From a virus (taxonomy: Duplodnaviria > Caudoviricetes), in the IMG/VR virus record IMGVR_UViG_3300022752_000076, positions 1-59,716 of that record: 59,716 nucleotides of DNA; one strand, written 5' to 3'. The notes under the pieces are model-generated. The model saw only the letters and a list, made by a program, of their open reading frames with translations, was not told the origin of the DNA and searched no databases. Made by a program: the position numbers and the translations under genes. The first letter of the stretch is position 1. Each line of letters begins with the position of its first letter. Shown in pieces: positions 24,526 to 35,451 of this stretch.

Positions 24526-25374
24526 ATGAGCGATCCAATTCTAGAACTACTGCAAAAGAACGGCCTAGGCTATAGTGTAAGTGGCCGTGATTACTTAATT
24601 AAATGTTTAAATCCAGAGCATGAAGATAATAATCCTAGTTTTAGAATCGATCGTGTTAGTGGTGCTGCCCATTGTTTTAGTTGTGGGTTTAAAACTAACA
24701 TCTTTAAATATTTTGGGGTCTTTACTAATCCTGTGCCACTTAGGATTGCTAATCTCAAGAAGAAATTACAAGAACTCAGTACAACACAAGAATTAGCTAT
24801 TCCACTAGGGCACACTCCTTGGACTAAACCATTTCGTGGAATCAGTTCTAGTACACTAAAACATTTTAGCGCATTTTATACCAATCAAGTAGAAAAACTA
24901 CAAGATCGTATAGTGTTTCCTATACGAGATGTAACTAATCAAATAAAAGTATTTGTTGGCAGACATACACTAAGTAACGTAAATCCTAGATATATAAATT
25001 ATCCTAGCGGAGTGCAACTGCCACTATTTCCTAGTTATTTAGAATCACCTAGTCGTAGTATTGTGTTAGTAGAGGGCGTATTTGACATGCTTAATCTTTA
25101 CGACAAAGGAATTAAAAATGCAATCTGTTGTTTTGGCACAAATACATTGCAAAATACTGCAAAACAAAAACTCTTGCCATTTAAAGCACAAGGTGTTACA
25201 AATATATACATCTTATTTGACGGCGATGAAGCAGGCGAAAAAGCAGCAAAACAGCTAAAACCTGTACTAGAAGAAGATGATTTTATAGTAGAAATAATGA
25301 AACTGCCAGACGGTGTTGATCCTGGTGAATTAGACCAACAAGACGTACAAAGTATAAAAGAGTATATTCAATGA
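24526..25374 (+). CDS. DNA primase (Zn finger plus TOPRIM)
   Basis: CLNPEHED.NPS...CFSC, LVEGVFD, FDGDEAG, DPG. Confidence 0.95.
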   Translation: MSDPILELLQKNGLGYSVSGRDYLIKCLNPEHEDNNPSFRIDRVSGAAHCFSCGFKTNIFKYFGVFTNPVPLRIANLKKKLQELSTTQELAIPLGHTPWTKPFRGISSSTLKHFSAFYTNQVEKLQDRIVFPIRDVTNQIKVFVGRHTLSNVNPRYINYPSGVQLPLFPSYLESPSRSIVLVEGVFDMLNLYDKGIKNAICCFGTNTLQNTAKQKLLPFKAQGVTNIYILFDGDEAGEKAAKQLKPVLEEDDFIVEIMKLPDGVDPGELDQQDVQSIKEYIQ

Positions 25375-27650
25375 AAATTGCTGTAATTGATAAAGCCCCT
25401 AATAGAACCAGATATAAAGATTATTTTCAGTTTGACTTTGAGCATTTTCACATGAGTTCAAAGCCAATTACTAAATTGCTGAAAAAAGACGTTGATCTTG
25501 ATATAGATACTGATCTCTATGACCTAGTGATCTTGGTAGGCGCAGAAGCGGCTAAAGAATATGCCAAAATTACTAGCGTTACTAATTATGCTGGTCAATT
25601 GGTAAACGAAAAGTTTATACCTATTAGCAATCCTGCAATGCTGGCATTTAAGCCAGAGGGAAAGCCAGACTTTGAGCGTGCTCTAGATAAAATACATAAA
25701 CATATTAATGGTGAAGTTAAGGGCGTTAAGCAAGGCGATTTTGCTGGTATTGATGATGAAGAACAGGCACGTGAGTTTTTTCAAGAAGTATTAGAAAATG
25801 CACAAGGTGTAGTAGCTATAGACACAGAAACTACTGGCTTATACCCGCGTGACGGTTATGTGCTAGGCATTAGCATGAGTTACAAACCAAATCACGGCAG
25901 ATATATTAGTTGTGATTGTATTGGTGAGAGTACATTTGAATTACTAAAAGAAATTTGCAGCCGTTTTACAATCATATTTCATAATATGAAATTTGACTAT
26001 AAAATGCTGAAATATCATCTAGATCTAGACTTTGACCGTACACGAGTACATGACACAATGGTTATGCACTACGTCCTAGACGAAACTGATGGTCATGGTC
26101 TAAAAGATTTAGCACTAAAATATACCGATTATGGTGACTATGACGCTAAACTGGATGAATTTAAGAAAGAGTATTGTCGTCAACATGGTATGCTCAACGA
26201 GAACTTTACCTACGACCTAATTCCCTTTGATATTATCAGCGAATATGCTAGTATAGATACGGCTGTTACACTAGAACTATTCAACAAGTTCTGGCCAATC
26301 GTTCAAAAGAACGACAACTTACGCAAAGTATACACAGAAATACTAATTCCAGGTACTCTATTTTTAATGGACATGGAAGAAGTAGGCATACCTATTAGTC
26401 GTGAGCGTATGCAGCTTGCTGATACTTATCTAACTACCAAGATTGAAGAAGCTAAACAGCATATTTATACTTTTGACGAAGTTAAGTTGTTTGAGAGTAA
26501 TGAACAGAAAATGTTCAATCCTAATAGTGTTATGCAGCTGCGTAGTATACTATTTGACTATGTAGGCTTAACGCCAACTGGCAAGAAAACTAGTACAGGT
26601 GCTATTAGCACAGATGCAGAAGTCCTAGAGCAATTAAGTGAAGAACATGAGCTTCCTAAAGCGATCCTACAAGTACGTAAACTATCCAAAATCCAAAACA
26701 CATATATACATAAAATACTTCCTGAGCTTGATAGGGATGATAGGATTCGTACTAATTTTAATCTTATCTTTACCACTAGTGGCCGTCTTAGTAGTAGTGG
26801 AAAGTTTAATGCGCAACAAATACCGCGTGATGACCCTATTATCAAAGGTTGCATCAAAGCTCCGCAGGGCTATAAAATAGTTTCGCAAGACTTAAGAACT
26901 GCTGAAATGTACTATGCTGCCGTACTGTCGGGAGACAAGAATCTACAAAAAGTATTTACCGATGGCGGTGACTTTCACAGCAGTATCGCTAAAATGGTGT
27001 TTGATTTACCTTGCGATGTTGACCAGGTAAAGAAAATTTATCCAGATATGCGTCAAAGTGCTAAGGCTATTAGCTTTGGTATATTATACGGATCGGGTGC
27101 TGATAAAGTTAGCGTAACAGTTACTAAAGCAACAGGCCAACACTATCCTGTAGACCGTGCCCGTGATGATATTAAGCAGTACTTTACAACTTTCAAAAAA
27201 CTTAAACAGTGGTTAGACACGCGCAAGGAATTTATTCAACAAAATGGATATACTTACTCGTTTTTTGGCCGAAAAAGACGGCTTCCTAACGTATTCAGCA
27301 GTGACAAAGGAATCGCAGCCCACGAAGTACGAAGTGGAATTAATTCAGAAATCCAATCGCTGGCAAGTGACGTTAACTTACTCGGAGCTATTGGAACTGC
27401 TAGAGAAATTGAGCAGTGCGGACTTGACGCAAGAATCTTCATGCTTGTCCATGACTCAATCGTGGCACTTGTTAAGACCGAGCATGTAGAACAATATTGT
27501 GAAATATTACAAAAGAATACGCAGTACAACTGGGGCTGCAACATTAGCGGATTCCCTATTGGTGTAGATCAAGACATTGGAGATGACTATAGCTTTGGAC
27601 ACTTTGAGGAAACCTATAGAGTTGACGGCAATAGTCTGGCCCGTATTTAG
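25371..27650 (+). CDS. polA: family A DNA polymerase with 3'-5' exonuclease
   Basis: DTETTG, FHNMKFD, TSGRLSS, DFHS, RQSAKAISFGILYG (Phe at the 762-equivalent), VHDS. Confidence 0.97.
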   Translation: MKIAVIDKAPNRTRYKDYFQFDFEHFHMSSKPITKLLKKDVDLDIDTDLYDLVILVGAEAAKEYAKITSVTNYAGQLVNEKFIPISNPAMLAFKPEGKPDFERALDKIHKHINGEVKGVKQGDFAGIDDEEQAREFFQEVLENAQGVVAIDTETTGLYPRDGYVLGISMSYKPNHGRYISCDCIGESTFELLKEICSRFTIIFHNMKFDYKMLKYHLDLDFDRTRVHDTMVMHYVLDETDGHGLKDLALKYTDYGDYDAKLDEFKKEYCRQHGMLNENFTYDLIPFDIISEYASIDTAVTLELFNKFWPIVQKNDNLRKVYTEILIPGTLFLMDMEEVGIPISRERMQLADTYLTTKIEEAKQHIYTFDEVKLFESNEQKMFNPNSVMQLRSILFDYVGLTPTGKKTSTGAISTDAEVLEQLSEEHELPKAILQVRKLSKIQNTYIHKILPELDRDDRIRTNFNLIFTTSGRLSSSGKFNAQQIPRDDPIIKGCIKAPQGYKIVSQDLRTAEMYYAAVLSGDKNLQKVFTDGGDFHSSIAKMVFDLPCDVDQVKKIYPDMRQSAKAISFGILYGSGADKVSVTVTKATGQHYPVDRARDDIKQYFTTFKKLKQWLDTRKEFIQQNGYTYSFFGRKRRLPNVFSSDKGIAAHEVRSGINSEIQSLASDVNLLGAIGTAREIEQCGLDARIFMLVHDSIVALVKTEHVEQYCEILQKNTQYNWGCNISGFPIGVDQDIGDDYSFGHFEETYRVDGNSLARI

Positions 27651-28140
27651 ACTAGGAGAACGTGAGCCACAGCAGTTGGGTGGCCTAGTATTTTACCGCA
27701 AAGAATATGTAGATCAAGATACCGTTGTTTATAGTAACAACTATCGCGTAATAGATGATAAAAACATAGATAAACCTACGCTTGGTCTACGTAGACTACA
27801 AATAGGTGATAGCTTATACCCTATAGGCACGGCTATCTACTTTTTACAAGATGTAATAAAATTAGCAAAAAGTACTACGTGGTTTATAGACAGCCACGGA
27901 CAATTATTTCAACATAAAAAAACCAGGCGCGCCAAGCTGGCTACACATAGGCTAAAACAAGTTTTCCCTGCGCAGGGCATTGGGTGTATTTTAGAGGTTG
28001 AGGGTCTAGCTGAGCGATTTAAGAGTCTACAAGTACCACAAGATACCGAACTGTATGCCGGAATACTTAGCTATAGTGGTAAAAATTTATTATATGGATA
28101 TTATAGTGAGCCAATTAAACCAACCTGGAGGCTAGTGTGA
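27577..28140 (+). CDS. conserved T5-like hypothetical protein (start may be TTG 27604)
   Basis: Synteny between pol and D10; RVIDDKN...TLGLRRL, FIDS.G. Confidence 0.75.
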   Translation: MEMTIALDTLRKPIELTAIVWPVFRLGEREPQQLGGLVFYRKEYVDQDTVVYSNNYRVIDDKNIDKPTLGLRRLQIGDSLYPIGTAIYFLQDVIKLAKSTTWFIDSHGQLFQHKKTRRAKLATHRLKQVFPAQGIGCILEVEGLAERFKSLQVPQDTELYAGILSYSGKNLLYGYYSEPIKPTWRLV

Positions 28141-29429
28141 AAGCTATTATTAGCAATAGAATTTACATGGATAATCCAGGTACAGCAGCTAGTAAATTTA
28201 TTATGAATACGCTTACCTATAAAATTCATAAAAATACTGGATCGAAAAAGTTTGTTAGTGTAGAAACTATTAAAAATTATAAAAGCTATAGTGCAGGTAT
28301 ACTTAGTGTGCCTCAGGGTCGTACAGATCTAATTCCTGAAGGATATGCTATAGTAGACAAACGCATAGTTAATCCAGTGCCTTTTCCAGCAGCTAAATAT
28401 GATCTAAGACCAGATCAACAAGAAATATACGATCAGGTTACAGATACATGTTTTATCAATGCTCTAGTAGGATGGGGTAAAACCTTTACAGCCCTACACA
28501 TTGCTCGTAAATGGGGTCAAAAAACACTAGTAATTACACATACTACTGCACTACGAGATCAATGGTACGAAGAAATAGGTGCACTGTTTGGTATTAGCCC
28601 TGGTGTAATAGGCAGCGGCAGCTTTGACATAGAAGATCACTTTATTGTAGTTGGCAATGTACAAAGCATAGTTAAAAACTTAGATAAAATTAACAAAGAG
28701 TTTGGGACTATAATCCTAGATGAAGCACATCACTGTCCAGCTACAACATTTAGCCAAACTATAGATAGTTTTCATGCTAGATATAGATTGGCACTTAGTG
28801 GTACAATGCAACGAAAAGATGGCAAACATGTATTATTTCAGGATTATTTTGGTACAACCATATTTAAACCTGAACAAGCTAATACTATTAATCCAGTAGT
28901 ACATCTAGTAAAAAGTAACATTGCGCTAAAGCACAATGTACCTTGGGTAGAAAAAATCAATGAACTAACGCAAAGCGAATATTATAGACGATATATTAGT
29001 GCGCTTGCTACATATCATATACAACATGGTCATAGTGTACTTGTTGTAGCAGATCGTGTTGAATTTTTGGAGAAAGTAAAAGAATATGTTGGAGAAACGT
29101 GTTTGTTGGTTACTGGCGACACCAGCTTTGAAGAACGGCAATATGCAAAAGAACAAATCCTCAGCAAAGCAAAAATGTGCATTGCTGGTAGCCGTCAAAT
29201 CTTCAGTGAAGGAATCTCAATCAACATACTTAGCTGCGTTATCCTAGCAGTACCAATGAGTAATGATAGTTTACTAGAACAGATTGTAGGCCGTATTATG
29301 CGACCACATCCAGGTAAGTTAGACCCTATAGTAGTAGACATTCAATTTAGTGGATGGGCTGATAAAAAGCAAAATACTGATAGGCTAGGCCTTTACATGA
29401 AAAAAGGCTGGGAAACTATATCGGTATAG
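28137..29429 (+). CDS. SF2 helicase (T5 D10/UvsW-like)
   Basis: GWGKT, DEAHH, LSGT, FSEGIS, QIVGRIMR. Confidence 0.95.
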   Translation: MKAIISNRIYMDNPGTAASKFIMNTLTYKIHKNTGSKKFVSVETIKNYKSYSAGILSVPQGRTDLIPEGYAIVDKRIVNPVPFPAAKYDLRPDQQEIYDQVTDTCFINALVGWGKTFTALHIARKWGQKTLVITHTTALRDQWYEEIGALFGISPGVIGSGSFDIEDHFIVVGNVQSIVKNLDKINKEFGTIILDEAHHCPATTFSQTIDSFHARYRLALSGTMQRKDGKHVLFQDYFGTTIFKPEQANTINPVVHLVKSNIALKHNVPWVEKINELTQSEYYRRYISALATYHIQHGHSVLVVADRVEFLEKVKEYVGETCLLVTGDTSFEERQYAKEQILSKAKMCIAGSRQIFSEGISINILSCVILAVPMSNDSLLEQIVGRIMRPHPGKLDPIVVDIQFSGWADKKQNTDRLGLYMKKGWETISV

Positions 29430-29439
29430 AAATTTTAAC

Positions 29440-29468
29440 TTGTAGTAGTTAGTGTATTGTGTTATAAT
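29440..29468 (+). promoter_or_regulatory. sigma70 promoter, near-leaderless
   Basis: TTGTAG-17-TATAAT with TG extension; ATG 5 nt later. Confidence 0.6.
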
Positions 29469-29473
29469 ATATT

Positions 29474-29830
29474 ATGAATCAAAGAAAAAGTTTTCGTTTC
29501 AGCCTTGATAAATTGCTAAAATTAGCAAAAGGTGATGCAATAAAATTAGTTGAAATACTTGAAGCATATTACAAAGGATTTCAACATAACTTATCTGGTA
29601 GTAGTTATTTAACTAGTCCAGGACAACTATTCTTTGATCGTAACACAGATATACTATTTAAATCGCAGTATATACAACTAGCGGCACGTAGAAGTTATCA
29701 GCAATACATAGATTTAGGTTACAAACACTTAGACTTATCTTATTATCCAGACCTAAAAATAGACGCAATAAAATACAATCCGCTACTAACAATTGACAAC
29801 AATAAATTATATTTCAAATACGAGGAATAA
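29474..29830 (+). CDS. conserved T5-like hypothetical protein
   Basis: Synteny before D11; NPLL......FKYE C-terminus. Confidence 0.75.
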   Translation: MNQRKSFRFSLDKLLKLAKGDAIKLVEILEAYYKGFQHNLSGSSYLTSPGQLFFDRNTDILFKSQYIQLAARRSYQQYIDLGYKHLDLSYYPDLKIDAIKYNPLLTIDNNKLYFKYEE

Positions 29831-30469
29831 ATGGCACTTAGCTTTAAACAAACAAAAGGTAAAGCAGCTACAAACAAAGTAGAAACTTACGAATATAAAG
29901 ACGGTGAAAATACCGTTAGACTAGTTGGCGGAGTTTTGCCACGTTATATTTACTGGACTAAAGGCACTAATAACAAGGATATTCCTATCGAGTGCTTGGC
30001 CTTTAGCCGTGACAAAGAGAAGTTTGACAATCTAGAAAAAGATCATGTGCCCGATTATTTTCCAGATTTGAAATGCAGCTGGAGCTACTCAATTAATTGT
30101 ATCGATCCTAAAGATGGTCGTGTTAAGGCACTAAATCTTAAAAAGAAATTGTTTGAACAAATTCTTACAGCAGCAGAAGATTTAGGTGATCCTACAGACT
30201 ATGATACAGGTTGGGACGTAGTATTTAAGCGTAATAAAACTGGCCCACTTGCATTTAATGTTGAATATACACTACAAGTATTACGTTGCAAGCCTCGTGC
30301 CCTTAGTGACAGCGAAAGAGCAGCAGCTGATAGTGCACAAAACATTGATGAAAAGTTTCCAAGACCTACAGCAGATGAAGTCAAAGCTCTTCTAGAAAAG
30401 ATTACCACTGCTCAGGATGATGACGGTGGTGATGCATCAGAGCAAGAAGCTATCAAAGAGTTAGGTTAA
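29831..30469 (+). CDS. single-stranded DNA-binding protein (T5 D11-like)
   Basis: RLVGGVLPRYIYW, ECLAF.R.KE.F, KTGPLAFNVEYTLQ, acidic tail. Confidence 0.9.
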   Translation: MALSFKQTKGKAATNKVETYEYKDGENTVRLVGGVLPRYIYWTKGTNNKDIPIECLAFSRDKEKFDNLEKDHVPDYFPDLKCSWSYSINCIDPKDGRVKALNLKKKLFEQILTAAEDLGDPTDYDTGWDVVFKRNKTGPLAFNVEYTLQVLRCKPRALSDSERAAADSAQNIDEKFPRPTADEVKALLEKITTAQDDDGGDASEQEAIKELG

Positions 30470-30473
30470 CATG

Positions 30474-30501
30474 TGGCCCAGTAATTTCGGTTACTGGGCC
30501 A
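30474..30501 (+). terminator. intergenic stem-loop
   Basis: TGGCCCAGTAA-TTTCGG-TTACTGGGCCA. Confidence 0.65.
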
Positions 30502-30518
30502 TTCTATTTGGAACTACA

Positions 30519-31478
30519 ATGAAAGTACTATTTACAGCAGATATACATATAAAATTAGGACAGAAAAATGTGCCACAAGATTGGGCTAGAAATAGGTACA
30601 ATTTATTGTGGCAACAACTAGCAGTGCAACAAATTAAAGCCGACCTATTTGTTATAGGCGGCGATGTATTTGATAAATTGCCTAGTATGGAAGAACTGGA
30701 AATTTACTTTGACTTAATCAATCATTGTAATATTAATACAATTATTTATAGCGGTAACCATGAAGCCGTTAAAAAGTCTACAACTTTTATGACTAATTTG
30801 GCTAAAGCTACTAATAAAATGAACAGAAAAGTTATTGTAGTAGACGATTACTATAGTGACTACGGTATTGAATTTGTTCCCTACAATAAACTAAAAGACT
30901 TTGAACAGGCTAATCCGTGGCCAGAAGGTGGACAAATATTATGTACACATGTTCGTGGAGCTATTCCACCACATGTAACCCCCGAAGTAGATTTAAATAT
31001 TTTTAGCGGCTGGGATGTTGTCCTAGCCGGAGACTTACACAGTTATGAAAATTGTCAGCTCAATATTCTCTATCCCGGTAGTCCTGTTACTACTAGCTTT
31101 CATCGTCAACTTGTTGACACAGGTGTTATCTTACTAGATACAGATACACTAAAACATCAGTGGCTAAAACTAGAGCTGCCTCAGCTTATAAGAAAAACAG
31201 TTAGCGCTAGTGACCCTAAACCGCCAACACCGTATCATCATACAATTTATCAAGTTGAGGGTGATTTACAGGAGTTGGGGGAATTAGAGGACAGCGAACT
31301 AATTGATCGTAAGGTAATTAAACGTACCAGCGATGTACAACTTATGTTAGACAATAATATGAGTTTGCTAGAAGAAGTAAGAGAATACTTGCGCTATATA
31401 CTTGCCCTGCCTGAAGAAGTTGTAGAGCGTGCTGCAGTTGAGGTGCAAAATCAGTTGGATAAAATAGAACATGACTGA
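30519..31478 (+). CDS. SbcD/Mre11-like nuclease (T5 D12)
   Basis: ADIH, GGDVFD, GNHE, THVRG, AGDLH, YPGSP. Confidence 0.93.
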   Translation: MKVLFTADIHIKLGQKNVPQDWARNRYNLLWQQLAVQQIKADLFVIGGDVFDKLPSMEELEIYFDLINHCNINTIIYSGNHEAVKKSTTFMTNLAKATNKMNRKVIVVDDYYSDYGIEFVPYNKLKDFEQANPWPEGGQILCTHVRGAIPPHVTPEVDLNIFSGWDVVLAGDLHSYENCQLNILYPGSPVTTSFHRQLVDTGVILLDTDTLKHQWLKLELPQLIRKTVSASDPKPPTPYHHTIYQVEGDLQELGELEDSELIDRKVIKRTSDVQLMLDNNMSLLEEVREYLRYILALPEEVVERAAVEVQNQLDKIEHD

Positions 31479-31665
31479 GTTTTATCATCCTAATATGATT
31501 TATGTAGCTAAAATAATTGCTGAACGACACTGCGGTAAGCAAGAATGTTGGCCTGACTACTATGATGAAGCCACTAATATTATATTGCTTGTAGAACAAT
31601 TGGGCTTTTTAAATAAAAAGAAATTCTGGAAAAATGATAACAATCAAAGAACTACGTTGGAGTAA
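31471..31665 (+). CDS. hypothetical protein inserted between D12 and D13
   Basis: ORF overlapping both neighbours. Confidence 0.55.
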   Translation: MTEFYHPNMIYVAKIIAERHCGKQECWPDYYDEATNIILLVEQLGFLNKKKFWKNDNNQRTTLE

Positions 31666-33436
31666 TTGTTTTAGTTATGGAGCTAACAATGTTATCAACT
31701 TTGTAAAAGCTCCATTAACGCAATTAGTTGGAAAAAATGGGCACGGTAAAAGCAGTATTGCCCTAATACTAGAAGAAGTGCTGTTTAATAAAAACAGTAA
31801 GGGTATTAAAAAGTCCGACATACTTAACAGATATATCAAAGAAAAAACTTATAGTATTGAGCTTGACCTAGAACGGGATGGAAACGAGTATACTATTCGC
31901 TGTACTCGTGGCACGCAACAAACAGTTAAATTATTAAAAAATGGTCAAGATATTAGTGCACACACTGCTACACAAACCTATAAAATTGTAGAAGATATTA
32001 TAGGCATTGATCATAAAAGTTTTGCACAAATTGTTTACCAATCAAATGCTAGCAGCTTAGAGTTTTTAACTAGTGCTGATACGGCTCGCAAAAAGTTTTT
32101 AATTGAAATATTAAACTTAACTAAATATACTAAAGCCAGTGAAGTATTTAAAGATATTTCTCTAGAGCTAGGCAAAGAAATTAGTGAGTGTCAAGCCAAA
32201 ATTACTACTATTAATAATTGGTTAAACAAGTATGAAAACAGTGATTTAACTACTAAAAGTTTTCAACTAGTAGATACCGTAGACGATAAATTGCCCAGGC
32301 AAGTAACAGAGCTAGAATTAGAAATTGCTAATCTAGATAAAACAAATCGCAAGATTATACAAAATAATACCTATAAGCAGCAACTAGCTAATATAGATTT
32401 AGCTATTCCTGGGCCGGCTAAAGTAAGTTTACAGCGTATTAAAGAATTGCAACAAGCTCAGGCTGAGCACATGAAAACTGTGCGTGATGGTGAAGCGTTT
32501 ATTAAAAAGTTAAATAGCTTACACGGTGTTTGTCCAACTTGTTTTAGTAACATTGATGAAAATAAAGTTGCAGAACTAGTCAATGAAAAAACTAGTGAAG
32601 TAGAAAGTGCTAGAGCTAGTGCAGCCAATGCACTAATAATTAGCAATGAACTAGAACAGCAGGACAAAGCCTATCAACACTCTGTTAAACAACAAACAGA
32701 GTGGGAAAAATTACACTTATTAATAGACAATACTCTGCCGGAAAAGACTGTATTAAAAGACGAGCTACAAACAAAGTATAACCTATTAGCTAAAACGCTG
32801 CAAGAAACGCAACAGCGAATTAAGCAAGCTGAAGAACATAATTTAAAAGTTCAACAGCATAATAGCCGTGTAGACACTATTAAGCAACAGCTTAAAGAAA
32901 TGTCAGAAGAGCTAGAAGAGCACAGCTACCAGCTAAATATTATGAATGAGCGAATGAGTATACTACAAGTACTCACCAAGACTTTTTCAACTACTGGACT
33001 AGTAGCATATAAGATAGAGTGTTTAGTAAAAGACCTAGAAGATATAACTAATCGCTATTTAGTTGATCTTAGTGATGGCAGATTTCAAATTAGCTTTAAG
33101 GTAAATAGTAGTGATAAACTAAATGTTATTGTTACAGATAATGGTAAAGACATAGACATAAATGCACTTAGTGGTGGCGAAAAAGCCAGGGTAAATGTAG
33201 CAACATTACTAGCAATTAGAAAACTAATGCAAACACTCAGTAGCAGCCGTATCAACCTACTTATCTTAGATGAAACCGTAGAAGCGCTAGATGTGGACGG
33301 TAAAGAAAAACTAGTAGAAGTATTATTAGGTGAAGAACACCTAAATACGTTTTTAGTTAGTCACGGCTTCAGCCACCCATTGTTAGAGAAGATTAATGTT
33401 GTCAAGCGTAATAACCTATCTCGTATTGAAGGATAA
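31634..33436 (+). CDS. SbcC/Rad50-like ATPase (T5 D13)
   Basis: GKNGHGKS, CPTC hook, LSGGE, LDE, SH. Confidence 0.95.
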   Translation: MITIKELRWSNCFSYGANNVINFVKAPLTQLVGKNGHGKSSIALILEEVLFNKNSKGIKKSDILNRYIKEKTYSIELDLERDGNEYTIRCTRGTQQTVKLLKNGQDISAHTATQTYKIVEDIIGIDHKSFAQIVYQSNASSLEFLTSADTARKKFLIEILNLTKYTKASEVFKDISLELGKEISECQAKITTINNWLNKYENSDLTTKSFQLVDTVDDKLPRQVTELELEIANLDKTNRKIIQNNTYKQQLANIDLAIPGPAKVSLQRIKELQQAQAEHMKTVRDGEAFIKKLNSLHGVCPTCFSNIDENKVAELVNEKTSEVESARASAANALIISNELEQQDKAYQHSVKQQTEWEKLHLLIDNTLPEKTVLKDELQTKYNLLAKTLQETQQRIKQAEEHNLKVQQHNSRVDTIKQQLKEMSEELEEHSYQLNIMNERMSILQVLTKTFSTTGLVAYKIECLVKDLEDITNRYLVDLSDGRFQISFKVNSSDKLNVIVTDNGKDIDINALSGGEKARVNVATLLAIRKLMQTLSSSRINLLILDETVEALDVDGKEKLVEVLLGEEHLNTFLVSHGFSHPLLEKINVVKRNNLSRIEG

Positions 33437-33437
33437 T

Positions 33438-33623
33438 ATGAGCAAAAAGCATTATGAAAAGATTATGAGTCGTCGTGGTAAACGCGTAGAAAAAGTAGTA
33501 GAACTACTAGAGCAACAAGCACTAGATGATATTGAACCAAAAACACTTTATACAGATAGTAGTGGTAATATAGACTGGACTAGGCTAGCTAAACATGTTC
33601 GTGAGGCCACTAGTGGTAGATAG
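33438..33623 (+). CDS. hypothetical protein
   Basis: AAGGA SD before MSKKHY. Confidence 0.6.
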   Translation: MSKKHYEKIMSRRGKRVEKVVELLEQQALDDIEPKTLYTDSSGNIDWTRLAKHVREATSGR

Positions 33624-34074
33624 TCGTCAAAAGGGTGCACGCACAGAAACACTAGCACGTGACATGTTGCGTAAGCATACCGGCTTAAATTGGGAAAGAG
33701 TACCTGGGTCAGGTGCTCTTGACCCTAAACATCAGCTTAAAGGTGATCTTTACGTGCCAGGGCATACAAATAGGTTTTGTGTTGAGGTAAAAGGCTATGC
33801 TGACGATCATATTAACAGCGGGTTATTAACTCATAAAACTCCACAGTTAATCGAGTGGTGGCAGCAAACGCAGCGTCAAGCCCTACAAGTAGATAAACTA
33901 CCACTACTTATATTTAAGCATGACCGCAGCAAATTGTTTGTGGCTACCGTAGTATTTGACGATGATGCATTATTGGAGAAACGCTGGCTAATGTATAATG
34001 CAGAAGACTATGAGTTTTATATTTTCCTATTAGAAGATTGGCTTAACATAAGCACACTTAAATTTATATCTTGA
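33613..34074 (+). CDS. Holliday junction resolvase-like PD-(D/E)xK nuclease (T5 D14)
   Basis: DSRQKGAR.E, WERVPGSGA, KGDL, VEVK, WWQQ. Confidence 0.88.
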   Translation: MVDSRQKGARTETLARDMLRKHTGLNWERVPGSGALDPKHQLKGDLYVPGHTNRFCVEVKGYADDHINSGLLTHKTPQLIEWWQQTQRQALQVDKLPLLIFKHDRSKLFVATVVFDDDALLEKRWLMYNAEDYEFYIFLLEDWLNISTLKFIS

Positions 34075-34099
34075 TTTTATTTATCAACAGTGATATAAT
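34071..34099 (+). promoter_or_regulatory. sigma70 promoter
   Basis: TTGATT-17-TATAAT with TG extension. Confidence 0.7.
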
Positions 34100-34124
34100 A
34101 ATAGATTACACTCTAAAAAATGAT

Positions 34125-34961
34125 ATGAAACCTTTCAAACAATTTGAAACAACTGAAAACACATTGATGATAGTCGATGCACTTAATCTTGCGTTTCGTT
34201 ATAAACATAATAACGCTAGAGATTTTGCCGAGGACTACTTACGCACTGTTGAAAGCCTAAAAAAGAGCTATAAAGCCAAGTGGGTTATTATTGCCGCAGA
34301 TCAAGGATCTAGCAGCTACAGAAAAAATATTTATCCACTGTACAAACAAAATCGCAAAGATAAGTATGATAGTCAAACTGAGGCCGAACGCCTAGAGTTT
34401 GAATTGTTTTTTGAAGATTTTACTAGTACACTTGAACTATTAACTGAACACTATCCAGTATTAAGATTTCAAGGTGTTGAAGCAGATGACATTGCTGCTT
34501 ATATTGTCAGCAAAAAACGTAGATTAGCACTTGATGAAATTTGGTTAATGAGCAGTGATAAAGATTGGGATTTACTAATTAAACCAGGAGTTAACAGATT
34601 TAGTTATGTTACAAGAAAAGAAACTACTTGGGAAACTTGGAGCGATCAGTACCCATTTGAACCCGAACAATATATTTCTGTTAAGTGTCTTATGGGCGAT
34701 AGTGGCGATAATGTCCCTGGTATTGCTGGCGTTGGACCTAAACGTGCTCAGCAGCTTGTTGAAGAGTATGGTACTACCTGGGATATTATTAACAGTATTC
34801 CTCTACAAGGTCGCTATAAATATATCCAAGCAATCAATGAAAACAGAGAACAACTAGAACTCAACTACCAACTTATGGATCTTGTTACCTATTGTAAGGA
34901 TGCAATAGGTACTGAGAATTGTAAACAAATTGACGAAATCTTAGAGTTAGCTATAAAATGA
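34125..34961 (+). CDS. flap endonuclease / 5'-3' exonuclease (T5 D15)
   Basis: IVDALNLAFR, YKQNR, VEADD, SSDKDW, GDSGDNVPG..GVGPK. Confidence 0.95.
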   Translation: MKPFKQFETTENTLMIVDALNLAFRYKHNNARDFAEDYLRTVESLKKSYKAKWVIIAADQGSSSYRKNIYPLYKQNRKDKYDSQTEAERLEFELFFEDFTSTLELLTEHYPVLRFQGVEADDIAAYIVSKKRRLALDEIWLMSSDKDWDLLIKPGVNRFSYVTRKETTWETWSDQYPFEPEQYISVKCLMGDSGDNVPGIAGVGPKRAQQLVEEYGTTWDIINSIPLQGRYKYIQAINENREQLELNYQLMDLVTYCKDAIGTENCKQIDEILELAIK

Positions 34962-35443
34962 AACAAACTACAGAATTTTTTAATATTAATAAAAACTACG
35001 ATCATAACCGTGATGCAGTAATTACACAAGTTGTAGAGTGCAGAGTAGACAATGCTGCCTACTTGCCCAAACGTGCTAATGCTACAGATGCAGGAGCAGA
35101 CTTACGCAGCACCGAAAAGTGTGAAATTTATCCTGGAGAAACAAAACTCTTAGATACTGGTGTAGCGGTCAAAATTCCACAGGGCTACGGCGGGTTCATC
35201 TTTAATAGATCGGGACAAGGCCTCAAGGGAATTATTCTGCTTAATGGCGTAGGCGTTATTGACAGTGATTATCGTGGAAATATAAAAATCGCACTAAAAA
35301 ATATTAGTGAAAACAGATACCAAATAGAAGTTGGCGAGAGAATTGCACAATTGGTTATTATGCCAATTATTTTATGCGATTTTGTCGACAGCTGGAATGA
35401 TACAGAACGCGGTACTGGAGGATTTGGCAGTACCGGAAAATAG
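34958..35443 (+). CDS. dut: trimeric dUTPase
   Basis: AGADL, RSG, GVIDSDYRG, RIAQL, RGTGGFGSTG. Confidence 0.96.
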   Translation: MKQTTEFFNINKNYDHNRDAVITQVVECRVDNAAYLPKRANATDAGADLRSTEKCEIYPGETKLLDTGVAVKIPQGYGGFIFNRSGQGLKGIILLNGVGVIDSDYRGNIKIALKNISENRYQIEVGERIAQLVIMPIILCDFVDSWNDTERGTGGFGSTGK

Positions 35444-35451
35444 GAGATATT